Positions 13,601 to 26,730 of a stretch of DNA of 64,000 bases are shown here, piece after piece. Every line of letters starts with the position of its first letter. Positions within the stretch are counted from its first letter, which is position 1. Origin of the DNA: Setoptus koraiensis (Eukaryota > Animalia > Arthropoda); the NCBI GenBank assembly GCA_048013815.1, contig CM106585.1, forward strand, positions 21,638,001 through 21,702,000. Reading direction: 5' to 3'. Both the position numbers and the translations under genes were made by a program. The notes beneath the pieces were generated by a model. It was given only the letters and a program-made list of their open reading frames with translations. It ran no database searches and was not told where the DNA came from.

Positions 13601-16600
13601 TTGTGGCATATTGAGCAGCTCTGCACTAAATGAACTTTGTAGTTGTCATGTGGGCGACGGATGAAAAATATTTTCGTTGCAGAATGCACCCGATGTTGTC
13701 ATGTTGCGAGTGCAAAGTGCGAGTCCATTTGTCGTTATTATGTTGTTGTCGTTGGTGTTGTTGTTGTTGTTGTTGTTGTTGCTGTCATCCTCTACAGCTT
13801 CCTCTACCTTGTTTGTGTTGATAATGTTGTCAACTACGACGCTGCCGCATGCAACGTACAAACTAATGATCGCTCAACACTAATAAACACTGTAAGACTA
13901 ACATTACACACACTGTCGCTGTAGCTGTGCACAATTTCACTCGCCAGCCATCTTGGCCCGCTGATCTTGCTGATATTTGAATAATGAACTATTTCAATGT
14001 ATTCACTTACTTGCCGCCAGTTGTTAGGCTGGCTCAATGGTGTATGAGCTTGCTCAATTTATATTGAATCATTCATCACGTCGAGTTGTCACGGCACCAA
14101 TTTTGCGCGGCCCCAACGTGTGCCCAACGTTGCTTGTGCTATATCCCCTATTCAGATGGGCGCCCAAATAAACAACGGATAGACAATAATGACCAGGCCA
14201 ACACTTATTCACACTACACTGTACAGTATAAGGGAACAGTGCAGAGTGCCCTGGAGTATAGGCACGAACGAAATAATGGCAGTCTGGCCTTTGTACGTAA
14301 GCGTAAGTGTGCGTATTATTATTCTCGGGCACTCAGCCAGCCAGACGAAAGCGCTGCATAATCGCGTAACATGTTGGCATTATCCAATTGTTAACGGCGC
14401 CACTAGATACTCTTGCTCATTTGGCTGGCGGCGAGGGCGCCCCAAAAGAGGAAGCGCAATGAAGACAACACGCCAGCATTGTCGATGCTCGTGCGACGTC
14501 TAAATGGGCCAGTTGGGGCCACACATACAACTTTGTTCTTGCGAGACACTCACCTATCGAGAAATTTGTGCAGCCCGACTCTCGTTGGCGCTGTGTTTAC
14601 ACTGGCCGCATCGCGCCAGCGGTAGCAGCATTTTATTCTTCATAATCAACAAGGCAATAAAAGTCCCCTGCGTAAATAAAATATGTTGCCGCTGCTATAT
14701 CAGATGTGGGTCAGCCCCCGAAGAACACAATCAAACTTTTCAGCTCACTCTCTCCCCGGCAGAGATTGCTAATTGCGCGCGCATTCATGATGAGATGGCG
14801 CAGTATGGATTGCGCGCAGATTTAGCTAGTCATCTTTATCACATTTATCAAAATACAGACCTCCCCCGCCTCGCTATCTATCATAATAATCGCAAACAAC
14901 CAGACATGCTGCCCTCTCGCTCTCCTTCTTTGGCCATAAGCTGATTAATAGATTCGTCCTATCGACGTATCTCAATTGATTGATGCGCTCAACAAAAATG
15001 CCTCTCCTCTCTCTCTCTCCCTCGTGCATTTGATCCAGTCGCGACTAGCGAGCCTTCACCGTCGAGCTGTCATTTAGATGGACGCTGCTGTTCGCCCGGC
15101 CGCTCGCCAAATCATAACTCAGTTACGCCGGCCCGAGCGGACCGGGCCGGGCCAGCATATAGTTCAAATATTCAGCACACGTAGTCAGCCAATATTTGTT
15201 GTTTCCTGCTTTACAAAGTTAGTCAAGTGAATTCAACTCGCTGCTTATGTGTACCGTACACACTATAAAGTTGGCTCGCTTGTTATATTAATAAATTGCC
15301 GGTGTGTGTGTGTGTGTGTATTGGTGCCACCGAGAATCCTTACTTATGCTAGAGGAAATTTTAGGCCGTCTCTTTCACGCTCTCCGGCACGACAAGCGTC
15401 GATAAGCGTCCACGCGATCCGATGGAATTCGATCATTTTGACTTGTTTTTCAATAGCCATCCAATACCAGCCTCTATCTGTCCGCCTGCCTGCCTGCCTG
15501 TCTGTCTATGTTCACCTGTCATAGAAAGATGGTGCATTAGCATTGAGGAATGGCGTTACATTTTCACGGCCTTACTTATTCATTGCTCAGGATTCGCCTA
15601 GCATAGTTATTGTTACTGTATATTGAATCAGATGTTACCGGAAACACAGGGGATAATGTTTAGTATATCACTACGCGAATTTGTCACTACAATATATTTG
15701 TATATATAGGCTTCATTCATGTATCCTCACAAGAGCAACATTGCTCATTCATTGGGAATTTGTTTCCATGGAATTCTATTAGATGATCATTTCAGCATTG
15801 GTCAACGCTGAATTATCGATGCCCACTCACGCAACTATTCAACAGTGACAATGTGCGAGTCTCGGGTATTTTTTTTCCCTCCTTGTCACCCTATATGACG
15901 TTTATCGTTTCTAGCGTCTACACGTTGAAACACATTTGTACAATAGAAATGTCGCGTCTCGCCATACAATGCCGGTCGAACTAAAAATGGACATTGGAAT
16001 CAAAGGTTACTTCGAAACAATGCTGATAAACAGATATCTCAGCAGGCTGAGATGCCTGCAAATGATGCTTCCATGGCTCTCCTTTCCGATGCGCCATATC
16101 TGTCTTCGAATCTGACTACTATCCTAAATTTGGCTAAGTAATCTACCTATAACTGACCTACTGTAATTTATTTTATTGCCTCGGGTCGCTCTCTCATAAG
16201 TATGTGGAAAAGAAGGAGCGAAGATGAGGAGAGCAAAGGGGGCAGATTTGGCGTGAGTCGAAATAAGTGTCTAGTGATGCCAGAATTAGCAGTATACCGC
16301 ACTGATACTGATTGATAAATCAATTGATCGACACTTCTCCCTGTGTCCGATTGAAGCCCAGTAATGGAAGCGAACAGAAAATCATCATCAATCTTGGCGT
16401 ACATAAACCTTTAATCACAGGCACGATCTGTAGCTTTGATCTATTTCATTCTTGATGATGGAATTAAATTACTACTATCAATTTGTTTATTAAATTTTGT
16501 GTTTGTGAAATCGTTTAGACAATATCTAGAACTATTGCCACGCTAGCCGTAACACAATTATGATCGGAAAGCAAGCATGCCACGAATAGATCAGATGATG

Positions 16601-18319
16601 AGATATTATTAGCTTGCATGATGCAGACATGCGATCAGTTAGATTGGTTCGGACAAACAATAGCGTCTTATCAGACATCATCATTATTTCTATAAAGCGA
16701 ATACCACAAGCAATGTGCAGAATAGTGTCTGGTTGAATAACCGGGTAGATATTTCTTGCTTGCATAACACGTGTTATGTCATCTATAACTCTTGCTCTTT
16801 TTATCAGAGTGAATAAATTATAATTTATTACAATGGAAGAGAGTCTTGATCGCGAGTAGACAATTGAGCGCTTTTCAAAACGTAGAGTTCGCATAGTGAC
16901 TATAGGAGGGGCGACTGAACATGTACATTTGCTGACCAGAAAAGGAGTTTAATCTCTTAACGTCTTGCATTTGCAATTCAATGAGCTCGTCATTATCAGA
17001 TGCCAATGATCACGATTTGCGCTTTTATTTGCCTCACAAGCGTCATCATTCAAGACAAACAAAAAGTTTTCGAGAGATCCTTCGCCATTCTTTTGGACGT
17101 TGCCTATATTGTGCTTCTATCGCTTATAATTTATCACACTCAAATGTGAGAAGATCGTGCTGTAGAGGAAGACGATTATGCTAAATATTCCCATCGATTG
17201 TTCGGTATCTCTCTATCTAGATTTATAGCATCCGCGGATTCGATCCAAATAGCATGCAATAAAATGATGCATAACTGTTCTTGGAAAGCATTCGTCACGT
17301 ATCGGTTGTTTTTCTGCTAACTTTCATCAAATAGATCTCTATGAATAACCCACTGTCGCTTTTTTCACCGACGAATGCTTCAGCAGCATAGTAAATTTAT
17401 AGAAAATATTGATTTGTAAGAGAAGCAGAACCTTCTTTAGATAGTTTTAATTATTTATTTTGTATATCGTATGTTTATTATCGTATAACAGAAGTAAAAC
17501 AAAACAGAATCAATATGCTTAGATTTACATTTTCCCTTTTCATTCTCCCATTAAATTTTTGTGTGACAAGTGGCATGATTTTTATGCAACTAATTATATG
17601 ATTGATGTGTTTGCGCTCTCATAAAAAATAATCTCCTAGAGAATCGTAAAAGTGAATGGTTCATCTTGATACAATATGATATTGGACAATATGAACAGAT
17701 TTATGATGAAGGCTATATCTCATAGCAGATTCATCTAGGTTCCTCTGGTCGATTGGGATAGTCAAGCTGTGGAGATTCCAGAGAGAATAATAGACCAGCC
17801 AGTTAGCCATCAATCTTGTTATTTTAACTGGCTTGCAACATTATAGTAAACAATCTACCATTTCATAATATTAACCCGGCGAGAATCTATTCATGTATTT
17901 GCTATCTTATCGGATGGATTTGGTCGTCTTAAATGCAGTTTCATTGTCGATCGCTACATAATATATTGGACACAAAAAAGAGATGATCATTCATCGGTAA
18001 TAATTATCATCTGCATGCTTGTAACATTTATGACATAGTAGCAATTTACACCTCATACTGTAAGTTTGATTAACAAGAGTAGATGTCTAAGTTGGTAACT
18101 ATGCTCAAGTAGTTTAATACATCTTATGACCAAAATTAGATTCAACCTTGTAAATATTCTATACTGGTTGTAAAATAGCACTCAGAAGATCATATCTATG
18201 TTTCTATTTCGGTTTTTATCCTTTTAAAGTTGCGTATAAGATTGCGCATGATGTTCAACATTGACTTTAGTGTCAAATGTGGTTCCAATTTTATTCACTA
18301 TTCGGGCTTGAGTATTGTA

Positions 18320-20740
18320 TTATATCTCCCACAGACTAGCATCTTTAGCATCACATTTCGCTAGACCAATGGTACCATTGCTACCAAGTTGGACATAGGC
18401 ATGAGTATCATTTGTTCTGATCGCAATCGCACTATGTGTTCGTAATTCAATAATCCATTGTTGAGCACAAGCTCTAGATGTTGAGTCACACATTATAGAT
18501 GAGCCATTGTCACCAACAGTCCAATAACGATCTTTGGATATCATTTTCAAGTAGCAACAATCATATTGTGCTATTCCGGAACCAAGTGGAGATGATGATG
18601 AAAGAACACTTGCTGTATCAGACATACCGTCACTTAGGTTGATAGATGGGGCTATTTTGTGAATCGATGTGATATTGTTCATGTTATTTCTTCCGTAATT
18701 ATTGTTATTGTTATTGAGATGAGCGTTAGACAATGAATTTATTATAGCAGCAACGCTAGGTGTGGCAGTCTCTATTGTTTGTTCATTTTCCTCCTCTTTT
18801 TGGTTCTCAAATGATGCAGTAGTATTGTTATTTGAGTCCAGATTGCCATCACTCAAGTCGGTAATCATGGTTATACCCTTAACGTGAGGCTCAGATATAG
18901 ATGTTAGATTATTAGTTGGTAATAACGATTGCTGAACGTTGTAATCGGAACTTATGTATTCCACCAAAATAGAGTCTGGTGCAGTCTTGTTGGCCTCTAG
19001 GACACCGCCTGAGTTGGTTTTAAGTCCCACAAATCCACTACCATTTACAGGTCGCAAGTTCAGAGATCGGCGATTTTGGAATCTCATGATAAATCTGACT
19101 GGCTCTTGGTTTACAGTTCCTGTTCCCAAATACAATTGGCCACTTTTACGTGCGCATATCCACCGGTCTCCCTCTAATTGTTTATTCCTACTTGTGCTTA
19201 ATTTCAACGAGCAAGTAGCATCGTTTTCACTCCAAACTAAATCAAAGTAATCTTTTGAGGACTGATTATCTGTTTGCTTACTGACATGAACTGTGGATGA
19301 GGCTGATCCGTTGGCAACGGACCAGAAACTACAATCATAGGTCATAATAGTCCAATCTTTTGTTTTTTCGTGATATTCAAATTGAAATGTCTCGTGTTGC
19401 GTTGTGGGTTCATTCTGATTGGCTGAAAGATCGACGCCTTGTTTAATGCTGACCCATTTATTGTTAAATGTAGCCTTCAGCGATAATTGAATGGGAGCTG
19501 CCTCAAATATGAAAAGCTCATCGCGTGATACTCCGGCAGATCTGGATTTCAGAACTGATGATCGACCGGTGGCCGCCAGGTATAGACCGTAATAGTCACG
19601 AAATGCGAGATATCCACTATGATACCTGTATTTTAAGGAAACCATGATTCGAGATGATAAGCGGTTAGAATATTGTTTTCAAGTATGTCTAAATTAGGCA
19701 ATGATGCGAGAAGACGTGCGAGGAGATACTCACTCTAAAGTAAAGAGACAATTTTGTGGCGGCAAGAAATTTTCACCTAGCTTGAGGTCTGCGTTGTTCT
19801 GAATGTTACTAGATAGCTTGCCAACCGTAGATCCTTTGTTTCGAGATTGTGGTACCTGAGGCGTTGAAGAAGAATCCGGCAATTTGATGCAACGACCTTC
19901 GTTGGTGAGATAATAGCAGTCGCTAGTCAGCACTGCAAAGCGCCCGCCATCAAAATATTTGAACTGGAATAAGGTTTCGGGCCCCCAGCTGAATGAGGCA
20001 TCGATTTGTGCTTGCTTGTTCTCTGGACAGCTCGCAAGTTGCATTGCTGCTTGGCTAAGAAAGTCTTTTTCTGTGGTCACCCTGGCGTAACGTTTTCTGC
20101 CCAAGGATTTAAGAGCAAAAAACGACGCACCTCTAGCCGGTGTCAAGTTTAAGTGCCACAATTCTGCTCTAGATCTGGGTACTTTGGCGTTGCATGAAAG
20201 CATTCCATCCTCTGTGGTGCCTAAAAAGTAACCTCGCTTAACATTTCTAAACGCCCAGAAAATTTGCTCCTCTTTGTTTTGTCCTTGTGACATCGAGCAT
20301 ATAGTAATTGTGAATCTGGCATTTTCGGTTCTTTCGTCTGAGTCGCATGTTACATTACCGAATGAGTCTACTGCCAAGTATTTATTTAGATGAGATTTAA
20401 TTGCCACATTTTCGTGCTCATCAGTATCTTGATCCGAAACAGACCCATTCGAGCCATTCGAGCTTTTGACGGATGTTAAACTTAAACAATTACTGGAATG
20501 CAAAGTTATGTTCGGTTCGCCAGCCTCAAAACCTGGACCACACAGAGCTTGTGGAGCGGCCGTTGTTGAATTCGGTATTATTGGGAATCCGTCTGGGCCT
20601 AGTTCTTCAGGGAATGGTTCAATGGTCCATTGTTGTTTCTTTTTAAGCGTCTGGCCATTGGCGTTGATTTTATAGCCGAACGTCTCGGCTGTCAAATAGC
20701 GATGTTTCCCATTGATGAGACCAACTGTAGAGTTCCACAT
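18320..20740 (-). CDS. sn: Fascin (singed) actin-bundling protein, 2 exons: 20740-19734 and 19625-18320 (770 aa)
   Basis: Beta-trefoil motifs: VGLINGKHRYLTAETFGYKINANGQTLKKKQQWTIE, AIKSHLNKYLAVDSFGNVTCDSDE, DELFIFE..PIQLSLKATFNNKWVSIKQGVDLSANQ, ETFQFEY, C-terminal ASLWEI. A 108-nt GT-AG intron (19733-19626) joins FTLE|YHSGYLAFRDYYGLYLA in frame. Confidence 0.93.
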
Positions 20741-23700
20741 TCTTTCTTTTTTTATGGCTTTTTTGAAATATCAATGAAAAATAATAATAAAAAACTCTCG
20801 TTGTTATAGATTGGTGCACTAAAATATAGTTAGTATATATTTATATATATATCTATATATTTGTTGAAATAGTTTGGCTTCTTATAATATATTGTTACTG
20901 GCAAATTGTTGGGCGTTCTTGGTGGATGGTAATGTTGATGGTGAGTAGCCACTACAGCTTGTTAGTAGGAAGGATAACAGAGAAGACGGATATCCTTCTT
21001 GGGTATGGATTCGGAAAGTTTTAACATTGGATAAGAGTTGCTAGTTTCAATAATACATTGTTTGTTGCCCTTCCTGGACTGATTATTATCAATGGTGATT
21101 GGTTGACATAAATGGTGATCGCATGTAGTTGTTTTTGAAGTAGTCCACATATTGTGTAACAGTAGCAGTCAAGATAAAGACAACATTATTAGCATATTAT
21201 TAGACAATGTACTGGATAGGTGAGCTTGTCTAATCATTGGTTAGATAGAATGCAGTTAGTTATTGCATCCAGGTAGTGGAGGGATCAAGCTGTTGCACAC
21301 AATCTACATATCACTGTCGTCGAATATTGGTTAATAGTTGATGATAGTGACTAACTAGTAATTTGTTAAATTTATCTTGTCTTGTGTGACGACTACCAGG
21401 AAGATTTGACCACTCTACGCTGTTATCTCCTGGTGTCTATTGGTCGAGTTTTCATACAGGGATTGGTTACTCAGATTGTCATACATGTATATGCATCTGA
21501 GGTATGTAGGTGTGCGTCTGTTTGCAACGTACTCTCCAGCTTCTTATCAAGAATACTAATAAGAGTAGATACTACAAGCAAAGTATATACTAGTGAGACA
21601 GCTCTATAGAAGTGATATACTGTAAAGAGGCAGTGGCCATAATAGTATGGGTTGTGGAAAACTACAGTTGAAACATTACAGAGGGTAAAACTAGTAATAT
21701 GATACACATTGGTCAATGGTGTCTATGCGCTAACTCACTTGTATCCATAATGTATCAGAAAGCGAGAAAGACAACGATACGAACAATTGATAAATTGATC
21801 GGCTTTCGTTGCTCTGGACGCTTGCCGTTGTCATTCGTTCAGAGTTCTTTTGTTTTTGTTCTCTTTCTCTTTTTAGTTCGTTTCTTTTCTCTTTTTTACC
21901 ACTTCTTCTTTTTCGACTCGTTGTGATGCAAGAACTAAAAGTAACTAACTGATTTCAGTTTGGTACATTCATTTCGAGGATGGTTGAGTGAGTGTGTGTG
22001 TGTGTGTTTGTGCAGAAAGTGCAAAAGTTGCTGCTGCTTGCAGCTATGCCCAACAATGGTTGCTAACAGTTTGGTCAGCTTGCCACACATTGGCCACAGC
22101 TACCGTTGCTGGAGATTACAACATCACAAGTAGTTTTGTTTTAGCTTTAGTCTTAGCTTTAGCCTGTGCTTCAGTTCAAGATTTAGTTTTAGTGAGTCTG
22201 TCGAGCATCCACCACTTTATGAACAGCACTAACTAATGTTATTACACAAATGGCCGGCATTCAGTCATCGCTAGTAGAGTACACTAGTTACTGGCGCAAC
22301 TAGCTGGACTAAGCAGATGAAGAAAGAAAGAGAGATTCTGATTACGATTGTTACGCTCGAGTTTGTCGCAGCAGCAATAATAACAACAGCATGCACCATA
22401 AATACATATCATGGACACTGCTCGCCAACAAGAGAGAGAGAGATGTCCCCACTGTAGGATGTATGTGTAAATGCTCGAATGTTTGTGTGTGTCCATCGGC
22501 TGAAATGAGTTTCAGTTGGTGGCTCTAGTTTCACGACTCTCTCTCCCTCTTTCTGTGGAGTCCTCATATTACTCATGTCGCTCGTTTTGCTCATGTTGCT
22601 CTCGTTGGTCATGTTGACGGCAAAGTTGTGTGTGCCAGGTTTTCATTTGTGTCGCCTGGCTGTCATTTTACATGTGGAATAAATTTTCTTTTATATGGAA
22701 CACACACACACACAAATATAATATTATCGGATGTCTACTATTGCTGTATAGCGGCGCCTGCGCATGGGCCAAGCCGACATGTGCGCCAGTGATATTAATA
22801 TTATCTTGTGTGTCTATCAACGCAAGTTGTGTTTGCGTTGGCCATTGGGCATGGGTAGCGAAGCCAAGATTTATTGTCTCTCGTTAATTGTATGCACACG
22901 ATGACAGGGTCCGATCAATTGTGCACACTGCATCAACATACAATGCATCATAAATCATTGTCGTTGGCTGTCATCGCTGTGTCCAGTCACGATACCATTT
23001 GGCTGGATTGTATTTTAAAATAACTCTCTCAAACGGTCTCGAGTGACACAATTGCATATCTCCCCTGTACGTTGAGGCTGCTTTATGTTGAAGTGTGTGA
23101 TAGCCGATAGCTATTAGCTAATGTTTGTGTCTGCATAACTCTCTATAAATAGCCAGCGATAATTCGGGGATTGCACTTACCTATTGTTGTGATTGGTCGA
23201 GTTGTGCCGGTCTAGGCGGTGCCGCTTCGATTGTAACTTGGCTTCGACGATATATTGCTTGCCGCTGTCTTGCCGTGTGTCTAATATCTCTCTTTTTGGC
23301 CGATTTCTGTCATGTCGTGGCATCCATGCACAATGATAATAATAATAATAATTGTAGCAAGTAATAAATATTCGTCATATAATTGGTTATAGTTTGATTT
23401 TTTGATGATTGTCGACGATTGTTGATGATCGTTGAGTTGACGACGTTGAGTTGAGACGATGCAAGACGATGCAATATGATGCAATGATACCAATGATACA
23501 CAGCGAATAAATACAAGTTAATAAATAGATAGATATAATTATAATAAAAGCAATATTTATGATGATATCAATGTAATTCGACAATATGCAATGTGGGCCT
23601 AGGTTCGATCAGTTCGGTCTGTCGAACGTTTTGTTCTCGTTGTCGATACTTGCATACGCGAGGCATGTGAGCCATAAACGAGACTCTGGTTAGTGAAAAC

Positions 23701-26399
23701 GCTCTGCGCATACGCGACCATGTTCGTTTTATGCCACCGGATCGAATAATGTGCATACTGTACATAATGTGTGTGTGTGTGTGTGTGTGCGCGTTAGCAA
23801 CAACCAACTACAGCGTGTGTGCTTTCCACCGCCATGGCGCACTGTTCGCTGACCATTGTGCATACGCCAGAATCGAATGGCATGCAATCGAACTAAAGCA
23901 ACGCTCAAGTTCGATCCGAGTCCCCCACCCCTCCCCCCGTCTCGTAAACCATAACAACAACAACGAATTTTATTTCAACTCAATTTGCGCTTTTTGTTAT
24001 ATGAGCATCTCCACTTGCGGGTTGCGTGCACTGTGAGCGCCTCTACACTGTACGCAATTGGTTAGTTTGTTGCATCCTCGCACTCACACACGCTCACCGA
24101 ATTGGGCTCAAGCGAACACACTAGCGAACCACACTAGTGAACTGATGGCCGCCCAAACTTAACTTTATACCGTATACAAACTACACAATATTGCATATAC
24201 ATTGTAGCATGGTGCTCATTACCCTCGGGCATCACACACGCACTCTATCAGGCACTCGGTGAAACATTATTAGTGCCATTCGCCGATCTTATGCTATTCT
24301 CATGTAATAATATTATTATTATATTACATAACAATCAACACATACACTCATCAGATCGATGAATTGAATCTCGCCACTCTCAAATGATATAATGATGTAT
24401 TAGACAAAAGTTGAAATCAACTTTTGTTGTAATAACTGTTGGCACTAATCGCAATGACGGTTATGCTGTTGATTATCGAGTCTATCAACTTTTGGCGCCT
24501 TGCCAACAGTGCCCACTGTTTGCGGCAAGGCCAATTGACCAGTCAACAGTGATGCCAATTGTAACACAATAATTGAGACACTAATTGATTAGTGCACATA
24601 CGCCGATTTGATCCGATCCAAGACGGCACACAAAACAATCAACACAGCTGATGAATTAAGCTCTAAATCAGCTCTACAAAGCCAGACACCACTCTCACTG
24701 GTCAAATTGACACACACACACACCGTCCGACGCAAACAATCAGCTGCACCAAGAGTGACCAGGAGTGGAACCGTCGAAATCGTTGAGTGGTATTGTAGGT
24801 GACCGTTACAATGTTGCAATTGACCGTAACAATCAGCTGTCAGCTATCAGATATCATAATATTGACCACACATGACCGGATACGACCGGTGCGAGATAGT
24901 CTCACAATTTGACTATTGTAACGTTGGTCAAAGCGCAATTCAAAGGCAAATTCAATTTGCCAGATTGTGTCCGATTGAGCGCGGACAGAAAGCATCATTG
25001 CTAGCAACACTAAAGCTAAAACACTAATCATGTCGTGATATAACGTTACGCTGCCACTTGGCATTTGCATTAACGTGCCAACATCAACTTGTGGCGAGAC
25101 CATGGTTTGCGGGCCTTATTTGGCGTTGACTATTTGGTGATATAAGCGTAAGCCACCCAAGTTGCCGAGGAACGGCCATCAAGAGAGAACGTTCCATTGG
25201 TTCATTGGAGGACAAACTGGCTGGCCGAGAGAAGCCACAACTAACAGGCTAGTGGCCACTCAAGCAATTTATTTGTGTCAAGGGACGTCTGTGTCTGATT
25301 AACAACTTGTCAGCTTAAGAGAATCATCTAGATGAATGGCAATCGCCCACATTGCCTGTTGTTTTAAACTTGTGAGCCAATGAGCATTGCGTCACGGTGG
25401 TCCACGGCGCTGCTCAGGTGTGTGTGTGTGTGGTGGGCATATAAACTCTTAAGTAGGCACAATAAGACTCATTAAGGAGAATGTTTGTTGTGTTTATGAG
25501 TGGCGAGCTAGCTCGATGTTGGCGCTGATGCGGCGCTTGGCTGAAATTCAAATAAATTATGCGCAAGCATCAGGCAAACTATCCAGAGCATGACAATGGA
25601 AATAGTTGGCATTTAAATATTGTGCGCACATAGGAAGAATTGTTGCCTAGCAGCTCTAAAAGAATTATCATTATCATTAACAAGGTTCAGCCAAGTACAA
25701 GCAGCCAGGTAATGGGCCCAACAGTTGATGGCGCATGTTTCATTTGATTCACTATCAACCTGTCTTGTCGGCTGTGTCCGACCTGTGTGAACAACACACA
25801 GGCCCAGCTCGACCAAGCACCATGGGTCAAAACACCATACGCCACCAACATATTGCAACAGCAACGTATTGCAAGTGGACATAACTCTATCGAAGTCCAT
25901 TAGTTTAGTTAGTGTAATGTTTAAAGGGCACGCAACATTTACTATAGTTGCCGCCAATACCATCTGGCTATTGCTTGTTGTCTGTCATGACGGCGCCAAT
26001 TAACAGGCTCTTTTTTAACTCTCCGTGAGTGAGCCTGCTTGTGGTGCCCATCTAGTCGATGTTGCTCACAACAGAATTACTGTCAGTAAGTCTGATCAGA
26101 TTGATGATAGTAAGATTGTATGCTCGGTATTACAAGTATTACATGTGTTATTATTAGTATTGTTCTACTGGCAGTAACGACTGTCCACAAATCACGACTT
26201 GCGCTTGTAGTTTGCTAAGCTCGCAAGAGCGATCATCGCCATGCAGCCGGACACGAGTAACGCTGACTTGATGACGGCGCCAACGGAAACACGGAACAGC
26301 ATCGCTTATGCTGAATGCATGTGGGCCACTTGTGCCAACTGCATCGCCATGAAACTATTTCAACAAGCAACGTCTCGACAACACTCGTTGGCTGTACCG

Positions 26400-26442
26400 C
26401 TCTCTCAACTCGACCGAGCTTGGCCAGGTCGAGTTGAGAGAG
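26400..26442. repeat. Perfect 16-bp inverted repeat (hairpin, 11-nt loop)
   Basis: CTCTCTCAACTCGACC (26400-26415) and GGTCGAGTTGAGAGAG (26427-26442) are exact reverse complements. Confidence 0.9.
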
Positions 26443-26589
26443 TCGCACCAGAGAATAACAATCCAAACAATAATCCTCTCAAACACAGACACTCAACGAG
26501 AGGAATGGCGCAAACAGAATGATTATGTAATGTAGCGCAGTAATGAACTCACCTGTTTGCTTGCTGCTTTCTAATCAACCCTAACACTG

Positions 26590-26730
26590 GCCGCTTGCTG
26601 CTGCTGCTGCTGATGGATAGCACCTGTTGTTGGCCGATGAACGTTCTGCTTTGTCGTTGTTGTTGTTGCTGTTGTTGTTGCTGTTGTTGCTGTGCTTGCT
26701 GCTGTTGTTGTTGGCGTGTCGGCGTTGTTG
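26590..26730. repeat. (TTG/CTG)n trinucleotide microsatellite
   Basis: Direct reading. Confidence 0.9.

Noticed and set aside
16168-16404. ORF beginning MYAKIDDDFLF, like a glycosyltransferase DDD motif
   Set aside because: No other family motifs and no splice-supported continuation.
26050-26090. xDVAHNRITV followed by GTAAGT, resembling one LRR repeat exon
   Set aside because: Single short motif with no neighbouring LRR exons.
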